Assembly (NCBI GenBank): GCA_963666315.2
Contig: CAXXHG010000005.1
Location: 36,287-100,286 of the forward strand
Length of the DNA stretch: 64,000 nucleotides
Direction of reading: 5' to 3'
Origin: Candidatus Binatia bacterium
GTDB taxonomy: Bacteria; Desulfobacterota; Binatia; Bin18
Part shown: in pieces, positions 30,250 through 39,627 of the stretch
How the letters are laid out: each line of letters starts with the position of its first letter
How positions within the stretch are numbered: the stretch's first letter is position 1
The notes under the pieces: generated by a model
Databases searched by the model: none
Told to the model about the DNA's origin: nothing
The model's input: only the letters and a program-made list of their open reading frames with translations
Translations under genes and position numbers: made by a program

Positions 30250-31164
30250 ATGGTGAGGATCGAGTTCGGGGCGGTGCTGTCATCGTCAACGGGTATCCCG
30301 GAGTTTGCCAGGGAAGCGGAAGAGCTGGGGTTCGATTATCTGGCCTGTGGGGAGCATGTGATGTTCCACAGGCCGATTCCTAACAGCTTGATCGCCCTCT
30401 CGGTGGCAGCGGGAGCCACAGAAAAAATTAAGCTGCTCAGCTCGGTTATGCTCTTACCCCTCTACCAGCCCACGCTCGTCGCTAAGATGTCGTCCAGCCT
30501 GGACGTCGCTTCCGGGGGCAGGTTTAACCTGGGGGTTGGCACCGGCGGAGAGTTCCCTAAAGAGTTTGAGGCCTGCGGGGTGCCGGTGAAAGAGCGGGGA
30601 GCCAGAGCAAACGAGGCACTCCAAGTTATTAAAAGGCTCTGGACGGAGAAAGACGTTTCTTTTAACGGTAGATTCACCAAGTTCTCTGGCGTGACCCTGG
30701 AGCCTTCCCCGGTGCAAAAACCCCATCCACCGATATGGGTCGCAGGACGAAAAGAGCCGGCCATGAAGCGTGCAGCGCTTTACGCCGATGGCTGGATCCC
30801 TTACATGTACACGCCGGAGCAGCTCAAGGAGAGCATCACCACCATCAATCGTTTCGCCAGAGAGCACGGCCGGGACCTGAGCCATTTTCGTCCCGGTCTT
30901 TACATTTTTAGTGCCATCTACAGAAGCAGAGACGAGGCCAGGCAGGTGGCGGTTGAGCGTCTAAGTCAGAACTTTGCGCAGGACCTCTCCCGCCTTGTCG
31001 ATCGCTATGCCCTGTTTGGCACGCCGGAGGATTGTCAAAAGCGGCTCCAGGAGTACATTGATGCCGGCGCGCAGATGATCCTCTTCCCCTTCGCCTGCCG
31101 ACAAGAAGATATACAAGAGAACGTTCGTTTGTTGGCGAAAGAAATCATTCCAGCGTTTCGCTAG
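30250..31164 (+). CDS. LLM-class flavin-dependent oxidoreductase
   Basis: GEHV, LDVASGGRFNLGVG.GGE, PVQKPHPPIWVAG, ADGWIP. Confidence 0.92.
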   Translation: MVRIEFGAVLSSSTGIPEFAREAEELGFDYLACGEHVMFHRPIPNSLIALSVAAGATEKIKLLSSVMLLPLYQPTLVAKMSSSLDVASGGRFNLGVGTGGEFPKEFEACGVPVKERGARANEALQVIKRLWTEKDVSFNGRFTKFSGVTLEPSPVQKPHPPIWVAGRKEPAMKRAALYADGWIPYMYTPEQLKESITTINRFAREHGRDLSHFRPGLYIFSAIYRSRDEARQVAVERLSQNFAQDLSRLVDRYALFGTPEDCQKRLQEYIDAGAQMILFPFACRQEDIQENVRLLAKEIIPAFR

Positions 31165-31391
31165 AAACGATATGACGGATTATGTATAAAGGTCCAAGGA
31201 TCGCTGAAATATCTACACGCACCAGAAGGCAATGCTAAACGGGAAGTAGGGGGGAGGAGAGAGTAAGGTAGGGGTGGGAGTTTGGATAAAGGGTTGCAAG
31301 GTTGCTCGATCACTGTGATGACACACTTGCAGGCGGATCTGTCAGCTCTTACGACCCAAGACGAGAGGAAAGCAGAAAGGAGGTACGGCTT

Positions 31392-32372
31392 ATGGAGCTT
31401 CCCAAAGAGAAGCTGCTTCAGATGGACCGCACCATGCAGACGATCCGCCAGTTTGAGGAGCGTGTGCGGGACATATTCCGGACCGGGCAGATCCCCGGTT
31501 TTCTCCATGTCTCGATTGGCGAGGAGGCAGTAGCCACCGGGGTGTGTGCTGCCCTCACGGACAAGGACTACATCACTAGCACCCACCGGGGCCATGGCCA
31601 CCTGCTCGCTAAAGGCGGCAAACTCAAGCCCATGACGGCCGAGATCTTTGGCAAGAGAACCGGCTACTGCAAGGGCAAGGGAGGGTCCATGCACATTGCC
31701 GACCTTAGCCTGGGCATCCTCGGCGCCAACGGCATCGTTGGGGGCGGTATCCCCATTGCCACCGGAGCAGCCCTGGCGGCGCAGCTGCGGGGAAGCAGGG
31801 AGGTGGCGGCGTGCTTTTTTGGTGATGGAGCTGCTAACGAAGGAACCTTTCACGAGTCCCTTAACCTGGCCGCCATCTGGAAGCTGCCAGTAGTCTATGT
31901 GTGCGAGAATAACTCCTTTGCCGAATTTACCCTCACGCGGGATGTTACCTCGGTGAAAGACATCGCCGATCGGGCCCGAGGGCACGACATGCCTGGAGTC
32001 GTGGTCAATGGCAACGACGTGGTTGAGGTCTATGAGACCACGCTCCAGGCGGTGGAGCGGGCAAAAAGAGGGGAGGGGCCTACGCTTATAGAAGCCAAGA
32101 CCTACAGGTGGGAGGGCCACGTGGTGGGAGAAGAGGCGTTTCTTGGCAAATGGGGGTATCGCTCACAGGAAGAGATCGAGGAGTGGAAGCGGCGCTGCCC
32201 AATTGCCACGTTTGAGAAGCGCTTTACCGAGGCGGGGATCTTCACCCAGGCGGAGCTCGACGCAGTCAAGGCTGAGGTCAAACGCGAGATGGACGAGGCT
32301 GTGGCTTTTGCCCGGGAAAGCCCGCTCCCTAAACCCGAAGAGGCACTGGAAGATATATTTATTAACCCTTAG
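31392..32372 (+). CDS. TPP-dependent dehydrogenase E1 alpha (AcoA/PdhA-like)
   Basis: STHRGHGH, GKGGSMH, GDGAANEG...ENN, TYRWEGH. Confidence 0.95.
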   Translation: MELPKEKLLQMDRTMQTIRQFEERVRDIFRTGQIPGFLHVSIGEEAVATGVCAALTDKDYITSTHRGHGHLLAKGGKLKPMTAEIFGKRTGYCKGKGGSMHIADLSLGILGANGIVGGGIPIATGAALAAQLRGSREVAACFFGDGAANEGTFHESLNLAAIWKLPVVYVCENNSFAEFTLTRDVTSVKDIADRARGHDMPGVVVNGNDVVEVYETTLQAVERAKRGEGPTLIEAKTYRWEGHVVGEEAFLGKWGYRSQEEIEEWKRRCPIATFEKRFTEAGIFTQAELDAVKAEVKREMDEAVAFARESPLPKPEEALEDIFINP

Positions 32373-32385
32373 AGGAGGGGGAAAT

Positions 32386-33354
32386 ATGCGCAAGATCACT
32401 TTTGCCCAGGCGATCAACGAGGCTTTGCGGGAGGAGATGCGCAGGGATCCCGCTACCTTCATTATGGGAGAGGACGTAGAGGTTGGAGTCTTTGGTGCCA
32501 CGACAGGCCTGGTGGATGAATTTGGTCCAACTCGGGTGCGCAATACCCCCATCTCCGAGGCGGGTTTTGTCGGCGCCGGGGTGGGAGCGGCAATGGCCGG
32601 GGCGAGGCCGCTGGTGGAGATCCAGATTGCCAGCTTCACCTACTGCTGTTGGGATCAGCTCTGCAACCAAGCGGCCAAGCTTCACTACATGACTGGCGGG
32701 CAGGCCAAGATGCCCATTACTTTCCGGACACTCTATGGGGCGCTTGGCTCTGCCGCGGCCCAGCACTCAGTGACGGTCTACGCCCAGCTTATGAGTGTGC
32801 CGGGGCTAAAGGTGGTGGTGCCCTCTGGCCCCTACGACATGAAGGGGCTGCTGAAGTCTGCCATTCGGGATGACGACCCGGTGATTGTGTTTGAGTACGG
32901 CAGGTTTGGCCAGCTAAAAGAGGCAGTGCCAGAAGAGGAGTACCTTGTACCCCTGGGCAGAGGAGCGGTCAAGAAGGAGGGGAAGGATACCACCGTGGTG
33001 GCCATTGGGATTATGATACAAAAGGCCCTGGCTGCGGCTGAAGCACTGGAGAAGGAGGGCATCTCGGTTGAGGTGGTGGACCCCCGTACCCTGATCCCCC
33101 TCGATGAGGAGACAATCCTCAAGTCGGTGCAGAAGACCGGCCGGGTGGTGATAGTGGATGAGGGACATCGGCGCGGCGGCGCGGCGGCAGACCTCGCCGC
33201 TATGATTGCCGACAAAGGATTTGACTATCTTGACGGGCCGATAAAGAGGGTCACTGCGCTTGATGCCCCCATGCCCTTCAGTCCCCCGATGGAGAATTTT
33301 GTGCTCCCGGATGAGGCAAAGATCCAGGCGGCGGTGAAGGAGCTGGTAGGGTGA
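32386..33354 (+). CDS. TPP-dependent dehydrogenase E1 beta (AcoB/PdhB-like)
   Basis: GEDV, NTPISEAG, NQAAK, AAQHS, VDPRTLIPLD. Confidence 0.95.
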   Translation: MRKITFAQAINEALREEMRRDPATFIMGEDVEVGVFGATTGLVDEFGPTRVRNTPISEAGFVGAGVGAAMAGARPLVEIQIASFTYCCWDQLCNQAAKLHYMTGGQAKMPITFRTLYGALGSAAAQHSVTVYAQLMSVPGLKVVVPSGPYDMKGLLKSAIRDDDPVIVFEYGRFGQLKEAVPEEEYLVPLGRGAVKKEGKDTTVVAIGIMIQKALAAAEALEKEGISVEVVDPRTLIPLDEETILKSVQKTGRVVIVDEGHRRGGAAADLAAMIADKGFDYLDGPIKRVTALDAPMPFSPPMENFVLPDEAKIQAAVKELVG

Positions 33355-33415
33355 CAGGCTTCAGGATTCCTGACTTCCCGACCCTCTGACTGTCTGTCTG
33401 CTTAGGGAGAATGCT

Positions 33416-34837
33416 GTGGCCGTAGAGGTTGTCGCGCCTAGTGAACTAGTTATTATAAATAGAACTTTGTTGTCTTGCCTGGAAACATCGAGAGCCCTTT
33501 TTCTTTCCCTGCTCTTTTTCATGTTTTTGGGGAGCGGGGGAGTAGCGGTTTCTTCAGCCCTAGCTCAAAAAGAACTGGCGCGTCTCCCGGTCAACCTGCA
33601 TGGGGTTTCCTTCCTCAAAAAGGAAGGATGGGTAGTAGGCCGCCTGGGGAAAATTTTCCATACCACCGATGGAGGAGAGAGTTGGGAAGAACAGAAGAGC
33701 GGAACCGACCTCCTGCTCACTGCGGTGGATTTTGTCGATCGCACGCATGGCTGGGTAGTTGGAGAGCGGGGAGTCATCCTCCATTCTGAAGACGGGGGAG
33801 CGACCTGGAAACAGCAGCAGAGTAGTGTTCCCTCTGTTCACCGAGGCACGAGTTACGGGGCGCCAACGCCTAAAGAGATTGAGCCGGCCAGAGCGATTGG
33901 CGGCCCACACTCTGAGTCCTTCCCGTCCCTTAACACTGAAAGCTCGATCGTCACGCAAGGAGCCCCATTGATGGCAGGCACCGAGGCGACGATGACCGCG
34001 GCCTATCCACTCTTTGACGTCGAGTTCATCGGCCGGGAGAGGGGCTGGGCGGTCGGGCACTGGGGCACTATCTTCTTCACCGAAGACGGAGGCAGGCATT
34101 GGGTTGAGCGATCGCTGTCGCTCGATCTCGAGGAACGACGAGGGCCCGTCGAGCCTGCGGCGCTGCACGATGTGATTGATCCCGAGATTGGAGAGGCGGT
34201 GGCGAAGGCAGGGCAACTCCTCACAAAAGAGCTGATCGCGGAGATTGCTCGGCGTGGTATCAGTGGCGTGCGGATCCGTGAAGACGTGGTGCTGAACACG
34301 GTCTTTTTTCTCGACCAGGCGCACGGCTGGATCGGTGGAGAGGGCGGGCTGGTACTCCGTACGGAAGACGGAGGGAAGACCTGGGAGAGGGGGATTCTTC
34401 CCTACCTTCCCTTCCGGGAGGATGAAGAAGCGTCGGAGATAGAGATGAGTCCGGCAGAGCTAGCGAAGTATGGTGTTATAACTCCCCCGCCCAGTGTGTA
34501 CGACCTTTGCTTTGTTTCTCCGCTCCAGGGCTGGGCGGTCGGTCAGGATGGGGCCATTGCCTATACCCGGGATGGGGGGCGCCAGTGGGAGTTTCAGCTG
34601 AGCGGTGCTCGGGAGGCCCTCTATAGTATTGGTGTTATGAAGGACAGAGGATGGATTGTGGGAGATAAGGGCACGGTACTGGTCTCTACGGATAGCGGAA
34701 TGCAGTGGGAGAGGATGAACCTGGGTTTGGAGTACCGCTTCTTCTGGCTAAGACGGCTGGCGGTGGTCTCCGGGAACCACGCTTTTCTGGTCGGTGCCGA
34801 TGGGCTCGTCCTCATCAGCAACACCTTACCGGAGTAG
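33416..34837 (+). CDS. YCF48/BNR-repeat beta-propeller protein with insertions
   Basis: Repeated GWxVG..G.I..T.DGG..W blades. Confidence 0.88.
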   Translation: MAVEVVAPSELVIINRTLLSCLETSRALFLSLLFFMFLGSGGVAVSSALAQKELARLPVNLHGVSFLKKEGWVVGRLGKIFHTTDGGESWEEQKSGTDLLLTAVDFVDRTHGWVVGERGVILHSEDGGATWKQQQSSVPSVHRGTSYGAPTPKEIEPARAIGGPHSESFPSLNTESSIVTQGAPLMAGTEATMTAAYPLFDVEFIGRERGWAVGHWGTIFFTEDGGRHWVERSLSLDLEERRGPVEPAALHDVIDPEIGEAVAKAGQLLTKELIAEIARRGISGVRIREDVVLNTVFFLDQAHGWIGGEGGLVLRTEDGGKTWERGILPYLPFREDEEASEIEMSPAELAKYGVITPPPSVYDLCFVSPLQGWAVGQDGAIAYTRDGGRQWEFQLSGAREALYSIGVMKDRGWIVGDKGTVLVSTDSGMQWERMNLGLEYRFFWLRRLAVVSGNHAFLVGADGLVLISNTLPE

Positions 34838-34896
34838 GGTTCCTAGGTACAAAATTCGTAACTACTCCGCTCTCTGAGACACTACTGAGACACTAT

Positions 34897-37296
34897 ATGT
34901 GGGCAAAACTGAATCGCCGGTACCTGACGCAACAATACCTCTACTTTCTCCTCCGTCACCGGTCTAGTGTGTGCGTGTTCATTCTGCTTGGCTCTCTGGT
35001 GTTTGGGTATTGGGCCCTTCAAACCCGCGTCCATACGGACTTTTTCGATCTCTATCCCCCGTCTCACCCCTATATTCAGCTCTATCAAGAGTATCGTCAT
35101 ATGTTTGGTACGGCCAACGTGCTGCAGATCGTGCTGGAGGTGAAGGAAGGCGATATCTATACGACCGACACGATAAAGAAAATCGATGGTCTCACCCGGG
35201 CCGTCATGGACACTAGAGGGGTCAACCCTTGGCAGGTGACCTCACTGACGCACCCCAGTGTCAAAAACGTTGTGGTCACCACGAATGGCGTCTCTAGCTT
35301 GCCTCTGGTCATGAATTTGCCGGAGTCGGAGGGGGAGCTGGAATCCCTTCGCGAGAAGGTCTATACAGCCACCGGCGTGCGAGGGGTGCACGTCTCACTG
35401 GACAACAAGGCAGCCTTGATCACGGCGGGCCTGTGGGAAGAGGGGACAGACTTTGATTACCTCTGGGAACGGATCAATAAGATTGTGGAGACCTACCAAG
35501 ACAACAACACCCGGCTCTATGTCAGCGGCTATCCCATGCTCTATACTTGGGTGCACTACTATTATCCGGCCATCCTTATGGTCATTGGGCTGACCACCGT
35601 TGTCATCTGCCTGCTACTGTGGTTTTACTTCCGCACCCTTATTGGCGTGCTCGTGCCCCTCTTTTCCGGCCTGTTGAGCGCGCTGTGGGCCATAGGCTTT
35701 GCCGGCATTGCTGGCTTTGATCTTGACCCGTTGGTGATGGTGGTGTTTGTGCTGATCACCGCTCGGGCGCTCTCGCACTCGGTACAGTCCATGGAGCGCT
35801 ATCATGAGGAATATGCCCGCTTGCAGAACAAAGATGAGGCCATTGTCTCCTCCTACCTGAGCCTTTTTGATCCGGCATCGGTGTCGATTGCCACGGACGC
35901 TCTAGCCATTCTGACGCTAGCGGTGGCTCGTATTCCCGTAATTCAAGGCATTGCCTATGTAGCGAGTTTTTGGATTGTCACCATTACGGTGAGTGTGATC
36001 ACCCTGCACCCGGTGCTGCTTAGCTTTATTCCCCCGCCCCGCCATAATCCCAAGGCAGGCATCCGGTTCTCGGATCGCTTTTATGCGGCCATATGCCACT
36101 CCTTGGTATGGCTGAGCCAGGGCCCTCGGCGCTACATTGGCCTGGCTACGCTGGGACTGCTGTTCGTACTGGGGATATACTACGCCCAGCAGTTGCAGGT
36201 CAGCATGGTTTCGATCGAGGAGGCCCTCATGTACCCGGACCATCCGTACAGTGTTGCCTCCCGGAAAATAAACGAGAATTTCTTAGGAGCCAGCCAAATG
36301 CTGGTGGTGGTGGAGGGGAAGGAGGAGGGGGCGGTCAAAAATGAGGACGTTTTGCGGGCCATGGAGCAGTTCCAGTGGCATATGGAGCAAGAGGGAGGAT
36401 CCACCGGCTCCACCAGTGCTACTTCACTCCTTAAACGGGTGTATCGCATTTTCCACGAGGACGACCCGAATTGGGAGATTCTCCCCATGAGCCGGGCGGA
36501 CGTTGGACGCGTGTTTTTCCTTGTCGTTAACCAGATCACGTCCGAGGATATAGGGCGGCTCTTTAGCCATGACTACCGGGATGCCATTGTGAACCTCTAT
36601 TACCAGGACTATTCCAACGTGATGATCAAACACGCCTTGTCTTCGGCAAAGGATTTTATTGCTGCTAATCCCCAGGATGCAGTCACCTTTCGTCTGGCGG
36701 GCGGCCTGATTGGCGTTCTGGCGGCAATGAATGAGGAGATAGAACGTTCCTACCAGATTAATCTCACCCTGATCCTCACGGCCATCTTCATCCTCAGCTA
36801 TTCGATTTACCGCTCAGTGCTTGGCGCGCTCATTGTCATGCTGCCCCCGCTCGTTGCCCAGCCGGTCATCGAAGCTATCATGTACCTCAATGGCATCGAC
36901 TTAAACATTAACTCTCTGCCCGTGGCAGCAGTGGGGATCGGGATTGGTATTGATTATGGCTATTATGTGCTGAGTCGTATTACGGAGGAGTATGGGAAGT
37001 GCCACGATTTTGACCAGTCTAACCGAACGGCGCTGCTAACAACCGGACGGGCCATTATCTTTACCGGGACCACGCTGGTCGTAAGTGTGGTTCTCTGGAT
37101 CTTCTTCCCCATGAAGTTTCAGTCGGAAATGGCCCTGCTGCTGAGCCTGATTTTGTTTTTTCACTTTGTGGGCGCGTTGATTTTCATCCCTATGGCAGTG
37201 TCGTTCCTCAAGCCGCGTTTTATAATTATTATGGGGGAACGGATCGCCCAGGAGACCGCGGCGAGAGAAGCGACTCTGCAGCCTACTGGCGCTTGA
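34897..37296 (+). CDS. MMPL/RND-family transporter
   Basis: Two periplasmic+TM halves; ARALSHSVQ..ERY and GIGIGIDYGYY motifs. Confidence 0.9.
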   Translation: MWAKLNRRYLTQQYLYFLLRHRSSVCVFILLGSLVFGYWALQTRVHTDFFDLYPPSHPYIQLYQEYRHMFGTANVLQIVLEVKEGDIYTTDTIKKIDGLTRAVMDTRGVNPWQVTSLTHPSVKNVVVTTNGVSSLPLVMNLPESEGELESLREKVYTATGVRGVHVSLDNKAALITAGLWEEGTDFDYLWERINKIVETYQDNNTRLYVSGYPMLYTWVHYYYPAILMVIGLTTVVICLLLWFYFRTLIGVLVPLFSGLLSALWAIGFAGIAGFDLDPLVMVVFVLITARALSHSVQSMERYHEEYARLQNKDEAIVSSYLSLFDPASVSIATDALAILTLAVARIPVIQGIAYVASFWIVTITVSVITLHPVLLSFIPPPRHNPKAGIRFSDRFYAAICHSLVWLSQGPRRYIGLATLGLLFVLGIYYAQQLQVSMVSIEEALMYPDHPYSVASRKINENFLGASQMLVVVEGKEEGAVKNEDVLRAMEQFQWHMEQEGGSTGSTSATSLLKRVYRIFHEDDPNWEILPMSRADVGRVFFLVVNQITSEDIGRLFSHDYRDAIVNLYYQDYSNVMIKHALSSAKDFIAANPQDAVTFRLAGGLIGVLAAMNEEIERSYQINLTLILTAIFILSYSIYRSVLGALIVMLPPLVAQPVIEAIMYLNGIDLNINSLPVAAVGIGIGIDYGYYVLSRITEEYGKCHDFDQSNRTALLTTGRAIIFTGTTLVVSVVLWIFFPMKFQSEMALLLSLILFFHFVGALIFIPMAVSFLKPRFIIIMGERIAQETAAREATLQPTGA

Positions 37297-37392
37297 GGCT
37301 AGTCGTCCACCACGGTGGGTTTGATCGTTGTTCTTCTTATCCCCAACCCGCCTCCGCTGGCTGATTGTTGCCTTGATCTTGTGTAGAAGGCG

Positions 37393-37911
37393 TTGAGACA
37401 GATAACAGCCATCATTCTTCTGGTGTCGGTCTTCTGGTCCGCCACGGCTTTTGCTCAGGTTCCTCGGCTCGAACCTCCCCCACTCGTGCGCTTTACCGGC
37501 GCGCTTCTTCCCCTGGAAGAGAAGAACCGTAGCTCTCTCAACACACTCATCGTCTCCATCAAGGGAAAAAAATGGATCTTCAGCATTGCAAAAGTAGAGA
37601 AGCTAACGGGCGGTAGTTTCGACGGCTGGCGGCTCCTTCGGGATATCTTTCCTCCTGAGGTGCGCTTTTTAGGACCCGAAGAGCTCCTCTCTCTTCTGCA
37701 GGAGCCAGAGATTATGGGTAAGCTCCTCACCCTCGAAGGTCACCTCTACATTGGGAGCAGGATGTTCTTTGTCAGGATCGTGGAGGAGGCCGCAAAAAAC
37801 TTAAGCGGCCAAGGCCTGAAGGGGTTCTCTAAGCTATCCATGGCAGTCTCTCTGTCAAAAAGTTATTTAACCTATAGCAAGGTCCAGAACATTTTTGAAA
37901 TAGGCTCTTAA
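37393..37911 (+). CDS. Hypothetical secreted protein
   Basis: Signal peptide ending AFA-Q; co-oriented within the cluster. Confidence 0.6.
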   Translation: MRQITAIILLVSVFWSATAFAQVPRLEPPPLVRFTGALLPLEEKNRSSLNTLIVSIKGKKWIFSIAKVEKLTGGSFDGWRLLRDIFPPEVRFLGPEELLSLLQEPEIMGKLLTLEGHLYIGSRMFFVRIVEEAAKNLSGQGLKGFSKLSMAVSLSKSYLTYSKVQNIFEIGS

Positions 37912-37937
37912 GGTTTTTTGTCAAGGAGGAATCTGAA

Positions 37938-39110
37938 ATGCGGAACTCTCCCGCTATCGCTGCGGTGACTGAGATGAATCCCGGTCGTTACCCGCACTAT
38001 GACGACATGGAAATGTACAGGCAGGTCCTCGTTCAGTTCATCTCTGAATGGGGAATAAACCCCAAAGATATTAATGGCCTTCTAGCCTGCCCGGCAGGAA
38101 TGGTGCTGGGTGGGAGTGCAGAGATCTTTACCCACGAAAAGCTCTACGACGAACTGGGTCTCCGCCCTGTTTTCTCTGACACCATGAACGGCGGTGGAGC
38201 AACTCACGGCTTGATGGTTCAACGAGCTACTTTAGCCATTGAGGCGGGAAGGGCTGATGCGGTGCTCTGTATTGGCGCGGGAAAGTTCCCCAAAGTGAGG
38301 GCTGGTGGCGCAGAAGCCATGGCTAAAATGGTCAGCCATTCGGAGTTCGAGTTTATTTATGGAACCTTTATCCCGGCCCTCTACGCCCTCACGGCGACCC
38401 GCCATATGGCCGAGTACGGCACCACGCAGGAGCAGCTTGCCCACGTGGCCGTTTCCGCACGCCGGTGGGCACTCAAGCATCCGAAGGCTTTGATGCGCGG
38501 CAAGGGTGGGATCACGGTCCGTGACGTTCTGGCCTCTCGTATGATTGCCTGGCCGTTTCACATGCTGGACTGCTCGGTACCGTGCGAGGGTGGAGCTGTC
38601 CTCCTCGTAACCTCCGGTGAGGTCGCCAAACGGATCAACCCGCAGCCCGTGTACGTTCTGGGTATGGGGGAGTATCACACCCACGGCTACATCAGCCAGG
38701 CTCCCAATTTTGCTACCATGGGGGCCAAGCAGTCCGGGGAGCAGGCTTTTAGCATGGCCGGTCTAAGCCCTAAAGACATGAACGTGGCCGAGATCTACGA
38801 TGCCTTTACCATCAATCCCCTCATGTGCCTGGAGGATCTGGGCTTCTGCGAGAAGGGCCAGGGCGGGCCTTTCATCATCGAGGGTCATACCGAGCCTGGT
38901 GGCGATTTACCCATGAACACCTACGGCGGGCTCCTGTCCTTTGGCCACGCCGGTGATAGCGCCGGGATGTCTATGATCGTTGAAGGCAGTCTTCAGGTCA
39001 TGGGCCGGGCCGGTGACCGGCAGGTCGAGCACGCCAAGCTGGCCCTGGTGCATTCCTACGGCGGCATGATGTGTGAGCACAGTACCCTTATCTTAGGGAG
39101 GCAGTCATGA
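37938..39110 (+). CDS. Thiolase-like protein (SCP2/Ltp2 type)
   Basis: EIYDAFT, EDLGFC.KG.GG, NT.GGLLS.GH; no classical catalytic Cys (NGGGAT). Confidence 0.9.
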   Translation: MRNSPAIAAVTEMNPGRYPHYDDMEMYRQVLVQFISEWGINPKDINGLLACPAGMVLGGSAEIFTHEKLYDELGLRPVFSDTMNGGGATHGLMVQRATLAIEAGRADAVLCIGAGKFPKVRAGGAEAMAKMVSHSEFEFIYGTFIPALYALTATRHMAEYGTTQEQLAHVAVSARRWALKHPKALMRGKGGITVRDVLASRMIAWPFHMLDCSVPCEGGAVLLVTSGEVAKRINPQPVYVLGMGEYHTHGYISQAPNFATMGAKQSGEQAFSMAGLSPKDMNVAEIYDAFTINPLMCLEDLGFCEKGQGGPFIIEGHTEPGGDLPMNTYGGLLSFGHAGDSAGMSMIVEGSLQVMGRAGDRQVEHAKLALVHSYGGMMCEHSTLILGRQS

Positions 39111-39508
39111 ACAATAAGCCTGTACCCGAGGTGTCCTTGAGTACCAAACCCTACTGGGATGCAGCCCAGGAGGGTAAGCTTAAGATCCAACGTTGCAGTT
39201 CATGCGCAGCGTACGTTTTTTACCCGCGACCCTGGTGCCCTGCTTGTTTATCTCTTAAGTTGGAGTGGACAGAAGTGAGCGGTCGCGGGGAAGTGATAAC
39301 CTACACCATTATGTACCAGCCGTCCTTCGAGGCCTATGCCTCGTCTGTCCCCTATATTTTAGCCGTCATTCACCTGGCGGAGGGACCGCAAATGATGGCG
39401 AATGTGTTGAACTGTCCACTGGACGCTGTGCGGGTGGGCTTGCCCGTTAAGGTCACCTTTGAAGAGCGGCAGAGCGGTTTCAAGGTACCCCAGTTTGAGC
39501 CAGCTTAA
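39107..39508 (+). CDS. DUF35 Zn-ribbon/OB-fold protein
   Basis: QRC..C...YPR..CP.C, SGRG.V.TYT, L.EGP; overlaps the thiolase stop (ATGA). Confidence 0.92.
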   Translation: MNNKPVPEVSLSTKPYWDAAQEGKLKIQRCSSCAAYVFYPRPWCPACLSLKLEWTEVSGRGEVITYTIMYQPSFEAYASSVPYILAVIHLAEGPQMMANVLNCPLDAVRVGLPVKVTFEERQSGFKVPQFEPA

Positions 39509-39627
39509 GAAGATATCCCGGCAAGTCCCGCATCACCACGATATGTTGGGGTTTTCACGGAAGTTATCAAAAAACCAAACTTTCTGTTTGTGGTTTCTGT
39601 TCCACTTGAAGGAGGAAGGAGAAAGAT

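Noticed and set aside
31161-32120. Long antisense ORFs (e.g. 31161..32120, 19818..20675, 41931..42743, 23622..24305)
   Set aside because: Shadows of well-supported genes on the opposite strand in GC-rich DNA, with no recognisable motifs.
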